In this document: piece by piece, positions 40,805 through 50,821 of the stretch | Position numbering within the stretch: position 1 is the first letter of the stretch | Layout of the letters: every line of letters starts with the position of its first letter | From: Rickettsiales bacterium | GTDB taxonomy: Bacteria; Pseudomonadota; Alphaproteobacteria; CAJXXZ01; 1604HC | Reading direction: 5' to 3' | Length of the DNA: 64,000 nt | NCBI GenBank assembly: GCA_965233535.1 | Contig: OZ247489.1 | Location: 254,566-318,565, forward strand | Made by a program: the position numbers and the translations under genes | The notes under the pieces: generated by a model | The model's input: only the letters and a program-made list of their open reading frames with translations | What the model was told of the DNA's origin: nothing | Databases searched by the model: none

Positions 40805-40892
40805 TGCTTTATAAGGTTCACACAGAGTGAAGGGATAATATAATTTCTTCCTGTGATGCTTTTAAGGCTCACATAGACATAAATGGATAATA
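40805..40892 (+). repeat. Imperfect ~36-bp direct repeat upstream of gyrA
   Basis: tgctttataaggttcacacagagtgaagggataata vs tgcttttaaggctcacatagacataaatggataata. Confidence 0.65.
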
Positions 40893-40910
40893 AGAATATA
40901 ATTTACGTAT

Positions 40911-43472
40911 ATGAATCAACAAAAATCAACAGTTTTTGAAAGTGAATTGCAATCTTCTTATTTAGATTATGCTATGAGCGTTATAACAAGTAGGGCAGTT
41001 CCTAATGCGTATGATGGGTTAAAACCTGTACAACGTAGAATATTATATTCAATGATTGAAACAAATTGTATTCCAGAGAACCCACATAGAAAATCTGCAC
41101 GTATTATTGGTGATGTGCTTGGTAAGTATCACCCTCATGGTGAAACTGCGATTTATGATGCCATGGCAAGAATGGCACAAAATTTTTCTATTTATACTCC
41201 GCTAATTGATGGGCAAGGTAACTTTGGTTCTATCGATGGTGATAAGCCAGCTTCAATGCGTTATACAGAGGCTCGTTTATCTAAAATTGCGAAATTTTTA
41301 TTAGAAGATTATGACAAAGATACAGTTGATATGTACCCTAACTATGATGGAACATTGGAAATTCCCGATGTTTTGCCAGCAAGATTTCCTAATTTGTTAG
41401 TGAATGGTGCAAGTGGAATTGCTGTTGGTATGGCTACATTTATCCCTACACATAACTTATCTGAAGTTATTAATGCTACATGTGCTTTAATTGATGATCG
41501 CGATCTTTCATCAGTTGATTTGATGGAATATTTACCTGCTCCAGATTTCCCAATGGGTGGAATTATCTTTAAAGGTAAGGGTTTGATCGACATGTACACG
41601 ACAGGTAAAGGAAGCTTTACTGCGAGAGGTCAAATTCATGAAGAGGAAGTTAATGGTAGAAGTGCTTTAGTTATTACATCTATTCCATATCAAGTTAATA
41701 AAGAAAATTTGATGGATAAAGTTGCAGATTTAATGCAAGGAGAAATTCTGGCTCAAGTACACACTTTTAGGGATGAGTCTAATAAAGATGGAATGAGAGT
41801 TGTTCTTGAATTGAAAAAAGATGCTGAACCTGGCTTGATCATGAACAGAATTTATAAATTCACTCAAATGCAAGTTGCTATGCATGTTAATATGTTGGCG
41901 TTGCATCGTGGAAAACCCCTAGTTCTTAGCTTGAAAGCTTCTTTAAATATATTCCTTGATTATAGAGAAGAAGTTTTAATTCGTAGGACAAAGTTCTTCT
42001 TACGAAACGATAGAGTAAAAGCGCATGTTCTTTGGGGTCTATCATTAGCTGTAAAAAAATTAGATGAAGTAGTACATTGTATTAAAAGTTCGAAAGATTC
42101 TCAAGAAGCTCAAATTCGTTTGCAAGAAATGGAATGGTCTTGGGATGATATTAAAGGGTACTTAGAGTGTATTAATGAGGATACAACTCCCGTTGATAAG
42201 TACTTTTTCTCTGAAGAGCAAGTCAAAGCGATTTTAAACTTAAGATTAAGTAGATTAACAGGTTTAGAGCGTGATAAACTTTGGGAGCAATTGCAAGTAT
42301 TGGGTGAAAATATTAGAAATTATCTATATATATTAAACAATAAAGGTGAAAGATTTAAAATTATAAAGGAAGATTTAAATTTAATTAATGAATCTTTTGG
42401 AACGGCCCGTCGTACTGACTTGGAAGTTAACCTTGGTGAGGAAACTGATGAGTCTTATATTAAATCAGAAGATATGGTTGTGACTGTAAGTAGTAAGGGA
42501 TATGTAAAAAGCATGCCTATTTCTTCATACAGATTACAAAAACGTGGTGGAAAAGGTAAAATCGGTATGGATTCTGATGACCCTGTAGAGCATATGTTTG
42601 TTGCTAATACGCACCAAGAAGTGATTTTCTTTAGTAGTTTTGGTTATTCATATTCTATGAAAGTGTATAGATTGCCTATTGTAAGTTCAGGTCAAAAGAA
42701 GGGGCGTGCGCTAGTAAACTTATTCCCATTAGATGTTGGTGAAAAAATTATGGGTTCATTAGCACTTCCATTGCAAAGAGATGATAAAAATACAATTATT
42801 TTTGTTACTTCTAAGGGATATGTGCGAAGAAACTCTATAAGTGATTTTGAAGGTATTAGATCTAACGGAAAAATTGCTATGAAATTACTGGATGATGAGA
42901 GATTAGTTTCTGCAATGATTTGTAATGAAGAAGATGATATTTTGCTAACTTCTTCTTATGGTAAAGTTGTAAGATTTTCTGTACAAGATGTAAGAGTTTT
43001 CAATAGTAGATCATCTCATGGTGTTATTGGAATGGTCTTGCCTGAAGAAGATAATGAGATAGTTTCCGCTACTTTATTGAATAAAGATGATAATTCTATG
43101 ATTTTGACAGTTAGTGAAAATGGTTATGGAAAACGTAGTAAAAAAGATAATTACAGAAAATCTAAACGAGGAGCTAAAGGTGTTTCTGCATTAGATGTAA
43201 CTAAGAAAACTGGTAAAGTTGTAGGAGCATATAGGATTGACCTAGAAAGTGAAATATTGATCATGACTGAAAAAGGGCAAATTATTAGATGTGATTCAGA
43301 TGATATTAGAGTTGCTGGGCGTAAGACACAAGGTGTTAGGTTAGCAAGATTAGATGATGATAAATTAATGAAAGCTGTTCCAATGAATGATGTAATAGAT
43401 GATATTGACGAAGAATCAGAAGATAACACAGCAAATGATGTTGATCAAACTCCAAAACCAGAAGATAAATAA
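40911..43472 (+). CDS. gyrA: DNA gyrase subunit A
   Basis: DGLKPVQRR, KYHPHG, MRYTE (catalytic Tyr), GyrA-box QKRGGKG. Confidence 0.98.
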   Translation: MNQQKSTVFESELQSSYLDYAMSVITSRAVPNAYDGLKPVQRRILYSMIETNCIPENPHRKSARIIGDVLGKYHPHGETAIYDAMARMAQNFSIYTPLIDGQGNFGSIDGDKPASMRYTEARLSKIAKFLLEDYDKDTVDMYPNYDGTLEIPDVLPARFPNLLVNGASGIAVGMATFIPTHNLSEVINATCALIDDRDLSSVDLMEYLPAPDFPMGGIIFKGKGLIDMYTTGKGSFTARGQIHEEEVNGRSALVITSIPYQVNKENLMDKVADLMQGEILAQVHTFRDESNKDGMRVVLELKKDAEPGLIMNRIYKFTQMQVAMHVNMLALHRGKPLVLSLKASLNIFLDYREEVLIRRTKFFLRNDRVKAHVLWGLSLAVKKLDEVVHCIKSSKDSQEAQIRLQEMEWSWDDIKGYLECINEDTTPVDKYFFSEEQVKAILNLRLSRLTGLERDKLWEQLQVLGENIRNYLYILNNKGERFKIIKEDLNLINESFGTARRTDLEVNLGEETDESYIKSEDMVVTVSSKGYVKSMPISSYRLQKRGGKGKIGMDSDDPVEHMFVANTHQEVIFFSSFGYSYSMKVYRLPIVSSGQKKGRALVNLFPLDVGEKIMGSLALPLQRDDKNTIIFVTSKGYVRRNSISDFEGIRSNGKIAMKLLDDERLVSAMICNEEDDILLTSSYGKVVRFSVQDVRVFNSRSSHGVIGMVLPEEDNEIVSATLLNKDDNSMILTVSENGYGKRSKKDNYRKSKRGAKGVSALDVTKKTGKVVGAYRIDLESEILIMTEKGQIIRCDSDDIRVAGRKTQGVRLARLDDDKLMKAVPMNDVIDDIDEESEDNTANDVDQTPKPEDK

Positions 43473-43938
43473 CATTTTTGTGCTCTATGCTCACAATTAA
43501 ATTGCATAATATACCAATATTAATAAGCATTTTGCTTATATAAATATCACTTAAAATTATTTCCTAAATTAAATTAATGCTTGATCAATTAAATTATGAT
43601 TTAAAAGAGTGTGTATTAATTATAAAATAAAAAAAAGGTAATTAATAAAGTTTAATGAAAGTGATAATTATGAAAATAAATCAAGAATTGAATTTCAAAA
43701 TAACAAATGTATTGTTAAATATAAAATCAAAAGAACTCAACTATAGAAAAGTAAAAAGAGAGATTAATCAGGTTACAAACATTTATAAAGCAGTAAAAAA
43801 AAGTGTAATATGAAAATTGCCAAAACACAGCATGTTCTGAATATGTGCTTCACAATGCTTTTTATATTGTTAAAAACAGTTCAACATTACTTAAGAAATG
43901 TTTTTTGGAAAAATTGTATTAATATGTTATGGTGTCTC

Positions 43939-46599
43939 ATGAGTAAAGTTAACGTTTCTTTATTATCTTTGTGTAGTGCATTGATTTTACAATTAAGTGT
44001 TGAATGTAACGTAGATAAATTCGATGATGAGTGTATAAATACGATTGCTCGATCTATTGTAAAGCATAATGATGAATGCCATTCATCGGTTGCAGAATAT
44101 AATAAAATACAAAATACAAAACATTCCTTAGTTGGATATGTAGTTAATGGCATGTTAGCTACTAAAGCTGGTATTTATAATACTGCAAATCAAAGTCAAT
44201 CATATAATATAGAGGAAATCATATTACCAAATGGAAAAAGAGTATATTTGCTCAAAAATAGCCAATCTATAGATTTTGTACGTCAATGTGTATCTTATTC
44301 TCAATTTATAAACAATGCGATCAGTAATAATATTGATTCTAATGAATTTAGGAGATCGTGCAATAATCTTAAAAATGCTCTTCATGCATCCGCAATAGAA
44401 AAATTAAATCAAAGTGAATGCGAAGCAAGAGAGGCAATTGTTAATGAATTCGACAAACCATATAAAAGTGAACATATTGAATATGCTAATGTAGAAGAAA
44501 AGTTAAGGTGCTCACAGTTAAAATATATTATATTTGTAGAGAACACACAAAACACATCAGATATAGAAAAAATATCTAGATTTGCATTTGGTACAGAAGA
44601 AGCAGAGGTAAGACAAACTATTGCAACTACAAGACAAGAGGAGATGTCAAATTTGATGGGTTTGTTTAAATTCACTAGAAATGATATTGCGGAAAAAGAA
44701 ACAAGGGAAGCAATTTTAATCGAAGAGAGAGACGAAATAAAGAGAATATTCGCTAAATTTAAATTTAATGTAAAAGAAATAGAGGCAAGGAAAGCAATTT
44801 CAAGTGAAGAGAAAAAAACAAGAAGCATAATGTCAAAAACATTGGACTTGATTATTGAAAAAGCAAAAGCAGCACAGGCTATTTTAACTGAGGAGCAAAA
44901 GGAGCAAGCAAGTATATTTAATGATTATGAAAACAACTTATTGGTATTGAAACTTAATGCGGTGCTAGCTGAAGAACACATAGCAAGAATGGGAATACAT
45001 GTAGAGTTAGAAAGGCAAATCGTTTCAAATCAAGAGCAAAAGGCAAGAGAAAGAATGTTCAATGAGTTTAAACTGATTGTTAAAAAAATAGAAGCAAGGA
45101 AAGCAATTTTAATTGAAGAGGAAAATAAAAGAGTAAGTGATGGTGTGAAATTCGCTGCAGAGCAAGATGAAATGTTAGCTGTGCACAAAGCAGAAGAACT
45201 TAAGATTTTAGCTGCAGAGCGTAATCGTGAAGATGAAATACGTAAGCACAATAAAGAGAAACAGCGATTATTTGTAAAAAATGAAATTGAAAAAAGAGTA
45301 ACATTAGGAAAGATTGAAGAAATTACAAAATATAAATTATTAGAAGAACTTGATAAAAAAATATTAGAAACTGAAGAATCAGACGCAAAAAACAAATTAA
45401 AAATAAAGGCAATGGAAAGAGAAATCGCATTGCATGATAGTGAAATCATAACATTTTATGAAGGCAACGAATCTGTTCTTGATGAGCTTGTAAATAATTT
45501 GACAAAAGCTCAGGATAAATTGCAGTTATACTTGAATATGAATAGAGGTTTTGTTAATGAAGAAAGAAAATCAGAACTTATAGAAAGTATTAATATTAAG
45601 AAGTTAACTACAGAATTATATAAAAAGAATGAATTAGTGACTAATTGGTTGAAAGATGAAGAAAATACATTGAAAAGCAAAAAAGATTCTTTATCTGACA
45701 AAGAATTTTTATCAGAGTTAGTTGAAATAATTAATAGTAAAAATTTACATTTAGCAGAGTTTAATATGTTTGCTGAAGCAATATCAGAGTATGTGAAAAA
45801 AATGAAAAAACAAGAAGAGATTCGTAAAAAAGCTGAGTCTGAACAAAAAACAGTATTGGAAGATAATATATTGCAAATGGTGACAAAAGAAGCAATGGAG
45901 AGAGAAAATTTACAGAGTGAAATAAATCAACAATATAATATAGAAATGGAAGCTATAAAGGAAAAATTTCATACAAATAAAGATCATATAGAATATATCA
46001 ATTCTAATTATCAAAGTAATGATTTAGATAAATTAGTATCAGCGCAAGTTCATATAAATGAGTTAATAAGCCCAATTGAAGTAAGTGGATTACAAATGAA
46101 AGGTTATGACAGTTTAAGTCAAAAGAGTGAAATTATTAATGATAGAATAACTTTGATACAGAAAAGAAATTCAAAAAAAGAAGCTAGAAGAAAAGTAATT
46201 AATGAAGAAAAAGAGTTGCGAAAAGAAATCAAAAAGGAGATATGTGAGGGTTTTAATCAATTGCAAGAAAATCAAACTATACAACTTAAAGAATTGAAAG
46301 AAAGAATGCGTATAAAAGATTTGATACCTGAAGTATGGGATGTTGCATACAATGAAGGAAATAGCATAGATGCAATAAGTGGAGCATTAGTGCGGTTAGA
46401 TGAAGCGCATAAAAAAGATTTGTTGAATGCTGAAACAAGAGATGAATTGCGTGTATTATTAAAGATGCAATTAGAGCAGCATGACATTAAAGCAGATCAT
46501 GAAAATAATAGATGTGTGGAGGATAAGGTAAAAGAGGATGATTCTAGCAATTTTAGGAAGAGAGATTTAACAAAAAAAGTTTATCGTAGAAAATATTGA
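43939..46599 (+). CDS. Secreted long coiled-coil orphan protein, family C, copy 1
   Basis: Start moved to MSKVNVSLLSLC by homology with the next gene and a shared upstream tatgttatg(g/a)t; repeated EARxAIxxEE. Confidence 0.8.
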   Translation: MSKVNVSLLSLCSALILQLSVECNVDKFDDECINTIARSIVKHNDECHSSVAEYNKIQNTKHSLVGYVVNGMLATKAGIYNTANQSQSYNIEEIILPNGKRVYLLKNSQSIDFVRQCVSYSQFINNAISNNIDSNEFRRSCNNLKNALHASAIEKLNQSECEAREAIVNEFDKPYKSEHIEYANVEEKLRCSQLKYIIFVENTQNTSDIEKISRFAFGTEEAEVRQTIATTRQEEMSNLMGLFKFTRNDIAEKETREAILIEERDEIKRIFAKFKFNVKEIEARKAISSEEKKTRSIMSKTLDLIIEKAKAAQAILTEEQKEQASIFNDYENNLLVLKLNAVLAEEHIARMGIHVELERQIVSNQEQKARERMFNEFKLIVKKIEARKAILIEEENKRVSDGVKFAAEQDEMLAVHKAEELKILAAERNREDEIRKHNKEKQRLFVKNEIEKRVTLGKIEEITKYKLLEELDKKILETEESDAKNKLKIKAMEREIALHDSEIITFYEGNESVLDELVNNLTKAQDKLQLYLNMNRGFVNEERKSELIESINIKKLTTELYKKNELVTNWLKDEENTLKSKKDSLSDKEFLSELVEIINSKNLHLAEFNMFAEAISEYVKKMKKQEEIRKKAESEQKTVLEDNILQMVTKEAMERENLQSEINQQYNIEMEAIKEKFHTNKDHIEYINSNYQSNDLDKLVSAQVHINELISPIEVSGLQMKGYDSLSQKSEIINDRITLIQKRNSKKEARRKVINEEKELRKEIKKEICEGFNQLQENQTIQLKELKERMRIKDLIPEVWDVAYNEGNSIDAISGALVRLDEAHKKDLLNAETRDELRVLLKMQLEQHDIKADHENNRCVEDKVKEDDSSNFRKRDLTKKVYRRKY

Positions 46600-46704
46600 G
46601 TATTATTTAATGATTACTGTTTTTAACTAAATGTTTGCTTATTTGGGATCGATATTTCTTGTTCTGAAATTTGGAAAATTACTATACGTATGTTATGATT
46701 AAAT

Positions 46705-49023
46705 ATGAATCAAGCAATTATTTCTTTGTTGTCTTTGTGTCCTGTATTTCAACTTTATGCAGGTAATTTAGAGTTAATAAACATTCCCAAACATGATGTT
46801 ATAAAATCTATTTCTAAAAATAATATTGATTGTCATTTGGCGTTAGAGAAGTTTAACAAAACAACAGACAAGAAGAATTCTTTAATTGGTTATATAATTG
46901 GTGATTTATTAGTTAAAGAAGAGGGAATTTTAAATATTTCAGATATTGCTTTTGATGATTTTTTTGACTCGCACACTGTAGATGGTCGTAATGTTGTTGT
47001 ATTAAAAGATCATAAAGTTGTGGATTTACTAAAAATGAATTTTGATCAAGATAGTCATTGCGCCCAACTTGCTAGTCATGCGATTAGAAATAGGAAAAAT
47101 TTTGATTTACAATATGATTCAGTTTGTAACGAATATTGTTCTTTAAATAGTGATGCATTGAAGAATTTTTTTCACAATCAATATGATTCTACTCAAAGTG
47201 TAAATAATAATTCATCATTTCAATATAATGAGAATAGTCGCACATTTAATTTTCAATATGTGCAAACTTCTGGTGCAGGGGCCTTATGCTCTTTTGCGTC
47301 AATATTAAATTATGTGAAAGATATGAATGATAATAGAATCGAATTTAAAAGTGATTTTGCTAAAGAAGTAAATCAGTTAGCAGAAAAACACCAATACCAA
47401 ACTGATGGAGAAGCGCAAGAAGAGTTGCGTAGTTTGATTTCTAATAAAATAGAAACATTTAACTTTGGTGAAAATCAAACTAAAGCAAGCGAGATAGTTT
47501 TCAAGTATTTAACTTCAATATTAACCGATGACATTCGCGATAATATAATAGAAGATTTAGAAAATAGAACTATAAATGATAATCAGGAATTTCTTATTTC
47601 TATATTGCGTAATATTAAAGCAGGGGACTATGAGGCATTTGATAAAGAGTTATTAAAACTGAACACTTTTATATGCTCTGAATGTCTTCCTTATATTACA
47701 TATAATGATCCATATATGATTCAACTAGTAGCTTTGATGATGAATGTTCCCTGTAATGTTTTTCAGATTGATAGGAATATAGAATATGCAAATTCGAAAA
47801 ATATGTTTAATTTGAGAAAAATACGTAGTGATCAATTTAGTGATGATGAAAAAGCTTTGAATGTTTTGTTAGATGATCATCATTTTACATATTTGAAGGC
47901 AGTGGATTTCTTATGTCTAGAAGCCAAAGTGCATACTGAGCAATTGCAAGGTGGAGCAGGCGTTGAAGTGATCAATGAAAATCAGCGAATGAATAATCGT
48001 AATCTGCAAGCAGCAATTCAAGCAAGTTCAGAAGAAGAGAAAGATAGAGCAAAAAGACTTAAGAAAGAAGAGAATGATTTAGAAGAGGCAAAGCGCAAAA
48101 GTTTAGAAGAGTCAAGTTATATGCAAGGTGGTGTAAAAAACAATACAGTTATTAAAGTGAATGCATGTTCCACATTTAAACTAGAAAATGGAGCCTCCAC
48201 ATTCACTCATGCAAATACTCCAGATATAGGTAATTTATGTTCCTTTGCAATATTGTCAGATTATATGAGAGATATGAATAATCAAAAGGCTGTCTTTGAA
48301 AATGAGTTTGCTAAAAAAGTTATGAACTTAGCAAAAAGTCATAAATTCAACACAAGAACTGAGACAAATAAAGAAAAAGATGGAAAATTACAAAAAGCAT
48401 TACGTAGTTTGATTGCTGATGAAATTAAAGATGCAAGTCTTGGTACAAAAGGAATCATATTAGCCAATGAATATATAAAAGATCTTTTGGATGATGCAGA
48501 CAGACCTTCAAAAGGTATGTATGCAAAACTTCATAAAGTGATCGAAAAATTGGAAAGCAATATAAAAGTATTGGAAGAACGTTTCAAAAAACATTCTGAA
48601 GAAGAAAAAGAATTACCAATAGGGAAGCGTACACAATCAATTGAAACATTGGAAAAACTGCAAAGTGATAGGAAAATATTGGAAAAAATTCAGAAAATTG
48701 CTACTGATGGATATGAGGATAGCAATAATATTGATGTTAATTATTTTCAATTAATTTCTGTTTTATTGCCTTATACAACAATGAATAATTCGCATATAAT
48801 TCGCATAGTCGCATTGATGATGGATGTTGAGTGCAATGTTTTTATGTCTGACAAAAGTAGCAGAGGTGAGGGTAATGAATTTGATATGAAGTTAAGTGAT
48901 TATGATCATGAATTTAATGAAATAATGCATACTGATCCAAACACTTTAAACATTTTGCTTTATAATGAACTGGATTATAAAGAAACTCCAAATCACTATA
49001 CATATTTAAAACCAATAAAATGA
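46705..49023 (+). CDS. Secreted protein, family C, copy 2: two OTU-like cysteine protease domains separated by two UIM-like motifs (putative deubiquitinase effector)
   Basis: Internal duplication G.LCSF...LRSLI...VALMM.V.CNVF...LN(V/I)LL...H(F/Y)TYL; LQAAIQAS and EENDLEEAKRKSLEE between the copies. Confidence 0.7.
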   Translation: MNQAIISLLSLCPVFQLYAGNLELINIPKHDVIKSISKNNIDCHLALEKFNKTTDKKNSLIGYIIGDLLVKEEGILNISDIAFDDFFDSHTVDGRNVVVLKDHKVVDLLKMNFDQDSHCAQLASHAIRNRKNFDLQYDSVCNEYCSLNSDALKNFFHNQYDSTQSVNNNSSFQYNENSRTFNFQYVQTSGAGALCSFASILNYVKDMNDNRIEFKSDFAKEVNQLAEKHQYQTDGEAQEELRSLISNKIETFNFGENQTKASEIVFKYLTSILTDDIRDNIIEDLENRTINDNQEFLISILRNIKAGDYEAFDKELLKLNTFICSECLPYITYNDPYMIQLVALMMNVPCNVFQIDRNIEYANSKNMFNLRKIRSDQFSDDEKALNVLLDDHHFTYLKAVDFLCLEAKVHTEQLQGGAGVEVINENQRMNNRNLQAAIQASSEEEKDRAKRLKKEENDLEEAKRKSLEESSYMQGGVKNNTVIKVNACSTFKLENGASTFTHANTPDIGNLCSFAILSDYMRDMNNQKAVFENEFAKKVMNLAKSHKFNTRTETNKEKDGKLQKALRSLIADEIKDASLGTKGIILANEYIKDLLDDADRPSKGMYAKLHKVIEKLESNIKVLEERFKKHSEEEKELPIGKRTQSIETLEKLQSDRKILEKIQKIATDGYEDSNNIDVNYFQLISVLLPYTTMNNSHIIRIVALMMDVECNVFMSDKSSRGEGNEFDMKLSDYDHEFNEIMHTDPNTLNILLYNELDYKETPNHYTYLKPIK

Positions 49024-49259
49024 ATTCACAAATAAGATAATCTACATTAAAAAATTTATAAGGAGCTAAAATAATAATCTAATTATTATCACTATTTAGA
49101 ATTGTATGTGATTTATAGCTTAGTTATTTTTTCTCGTAAATTATGTATTGAACTTAGAATCTAAATCATTTTTATATATTTGACACTGAATTGAGAGTTT
49201 TTTATTTATTTCTTCTCTGAGTCATTGAAAATTAAGTAAAAATATTCATATAAATAAGT

Positions 49260-50357
49260 ATGTCGTTTCACATAAAAGTTAAGAGAACAGAATTAATGGA
49301 GGCTTTGAGGTGTCAGCAGTCTGTTATAGACAGAAAGGCAACTCAGCCTATTTTTTCTCATGTTAAACTTGTAGCTGAAAATAATCAATTAAGTATAGAG
49401 GGTTCAGATGGAAATTTGATCTTGAATTATACTATTACTAGCAAAGTGGAGTTAGAAGGGGTTGTGACTCTGCCTGCACAGATTTTTTATAATTTAGTTA
49501 GAAAAGCAAATAGCGAATTTCTAGTTTTAATACAAAAAGATGATTTAGTAATTATTGAATATAGTTCAGGTACGTTTAAGCTTAACATTTTAGATGCGAC
49601 TACCTTTCCGAAAATGCCTGAAGTAGCTGATAATTTAATTTTTTCAATCAATGCTTTAGAATTTCTGGAATATATTAAGATGATTAAAATTGCTATGGCT
49701 ACTGATGATATACGTGCATATTTCAATGGTATATATATGGAAAGTGATGAAAATGAAATGAGATTTGTTGCTACAGATGCTCATAAATTAGCTATGTATT
49801 CTAAAAAGGTTAAATTAGCTAAATTTGATATGATTTTATCTAGAAAAAGCGTAGAAACACTATCATCTTTGCTAACAAAAGAAGAAACTTTAGAGTGTTA
49901 TAAGCATGAGCATCATGTGAAATTTGTTGCGAAGAATTTTTCATTTGTATGTAGGTTGATAAATGGTGCATTTCCAGCAAATTATATGGGTTTGATTCCA
50001 AATTCTATTGAAGGTACATTTGAAGATACTATTGATAATTTAAAAGAATCTCTTGATAGAATTTCTATTTTATCATCTCAATTATCTAAAGTAGCAAAGG
50101 TGCAACTTGGAAAAGAATCAGTAATTAAGTGTGAAAATGTTGCTTATGGATCTGGAGAAGAAAAGTTATCTGGACAATATGAAGGTCCTGATTTTACTTT
50201 TGGTATTGATTGTAATATTTGGCTAGATTTTTTGCGATTATTTGAACAAGGTAATATGAAATTAGAATATCATGGTACAAATAAACCTATAGTAATGAGA
50301 CATGAAAATTATAATAATTTTGTGTATATTGCAATGCCAATTGCCCTTAATAGCTAA
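49260..50357 (+). CDS. dnaN: DNA polymerase III beta clamp
   Basis: PIFSHV, FP, DDIRAYFNG, VATDAHKLA, LINGAFP, C-terminal MP. Confidence 0.95.
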   Translation: MSFHIKVKRTELMEALRCQQSVIDRKATQPIFSHVKLVAENNQLSIEGSDGNLILNYTITSKVELEGVVTLPAQIFYNLVRKANSEFLVLIQKDDLVIIEYSSGTFKLNILDATTFPKMPEVADNLIFSINALEFLEYIKMIKIAMATDDIRAYFNGIYMESDENEMRFVATDAHKLAMYSKKVKLAKFDMILSRKSVETLSSLLTKEETLECYKHEHHVKFVAKNFSFVCRLINGAFPANYMGLIPNSIEGTFEDTIDNLKESLDRISILSSQLSKVAKVQLGKESVIKCENVAYGSGEEKLSGQYEGPDFTFGIDCNIWLDFLRLFEQGNMKLEYHGTNKPIVMRHENYNNFVYIAMPIALNS

Positions 50358-50561
50358 TTGTTTTTGTTAAATATTAATTAAAACACTTGCTTCCATTAAA
50401 AAAAATCTTATTTCCTATTTCAAAGTTTTTTTTGATTAGTGAAAATATTGCTAGTTAAAATAAAATATAAATTCCATGCATACTTTGATTTTTATATATT
50501 AATTATTTAATTTAAGAAAATACATGCTTTAAATATATTTTGTTTATAAATTTTGAAGAAA

Positions 50562-50634
50562 TGCCGAATATCGGAGTCGAACCAATGACCTACTGATTAC
50601 AAATCAGCCGCTCTACCAACTGAGCTAATTCGGC
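50562..50634 (-). tRNA. tRNA-Thr(TGT)
   Basis: GCCGAAT acceptor stem, TGT anticodon, GTTCGA T-loop. Confidence 0.95.
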
Positions 50635-50821
50635 AACCCTAAAATTATACCTTCAATTTAATATTTCCTCAAGTTTGAAATTATATATATTGAGAATTTT
50701 TAATCACCTGGTGTATTATAATAAATTTTGTTACTGAAATGCGAATAATCTTTTATTAATTATGAAAACTAATTTAATATATGAACCTGATTGTTATATT
50801 TTTTATAAGTTAAGGAAAGTG

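Noticed and set aside
43810-43938. Upstream start given by the ORF track
   Set aside because: Homology to 46705 and a matching -10 element place the start at 43939.
50367-50381. Another TTAA-N7-TTAA match
   Set aside because: It lies downstream of dnaN in almost pure AT sequence with no promoter context, and shows the chance background for this motif.
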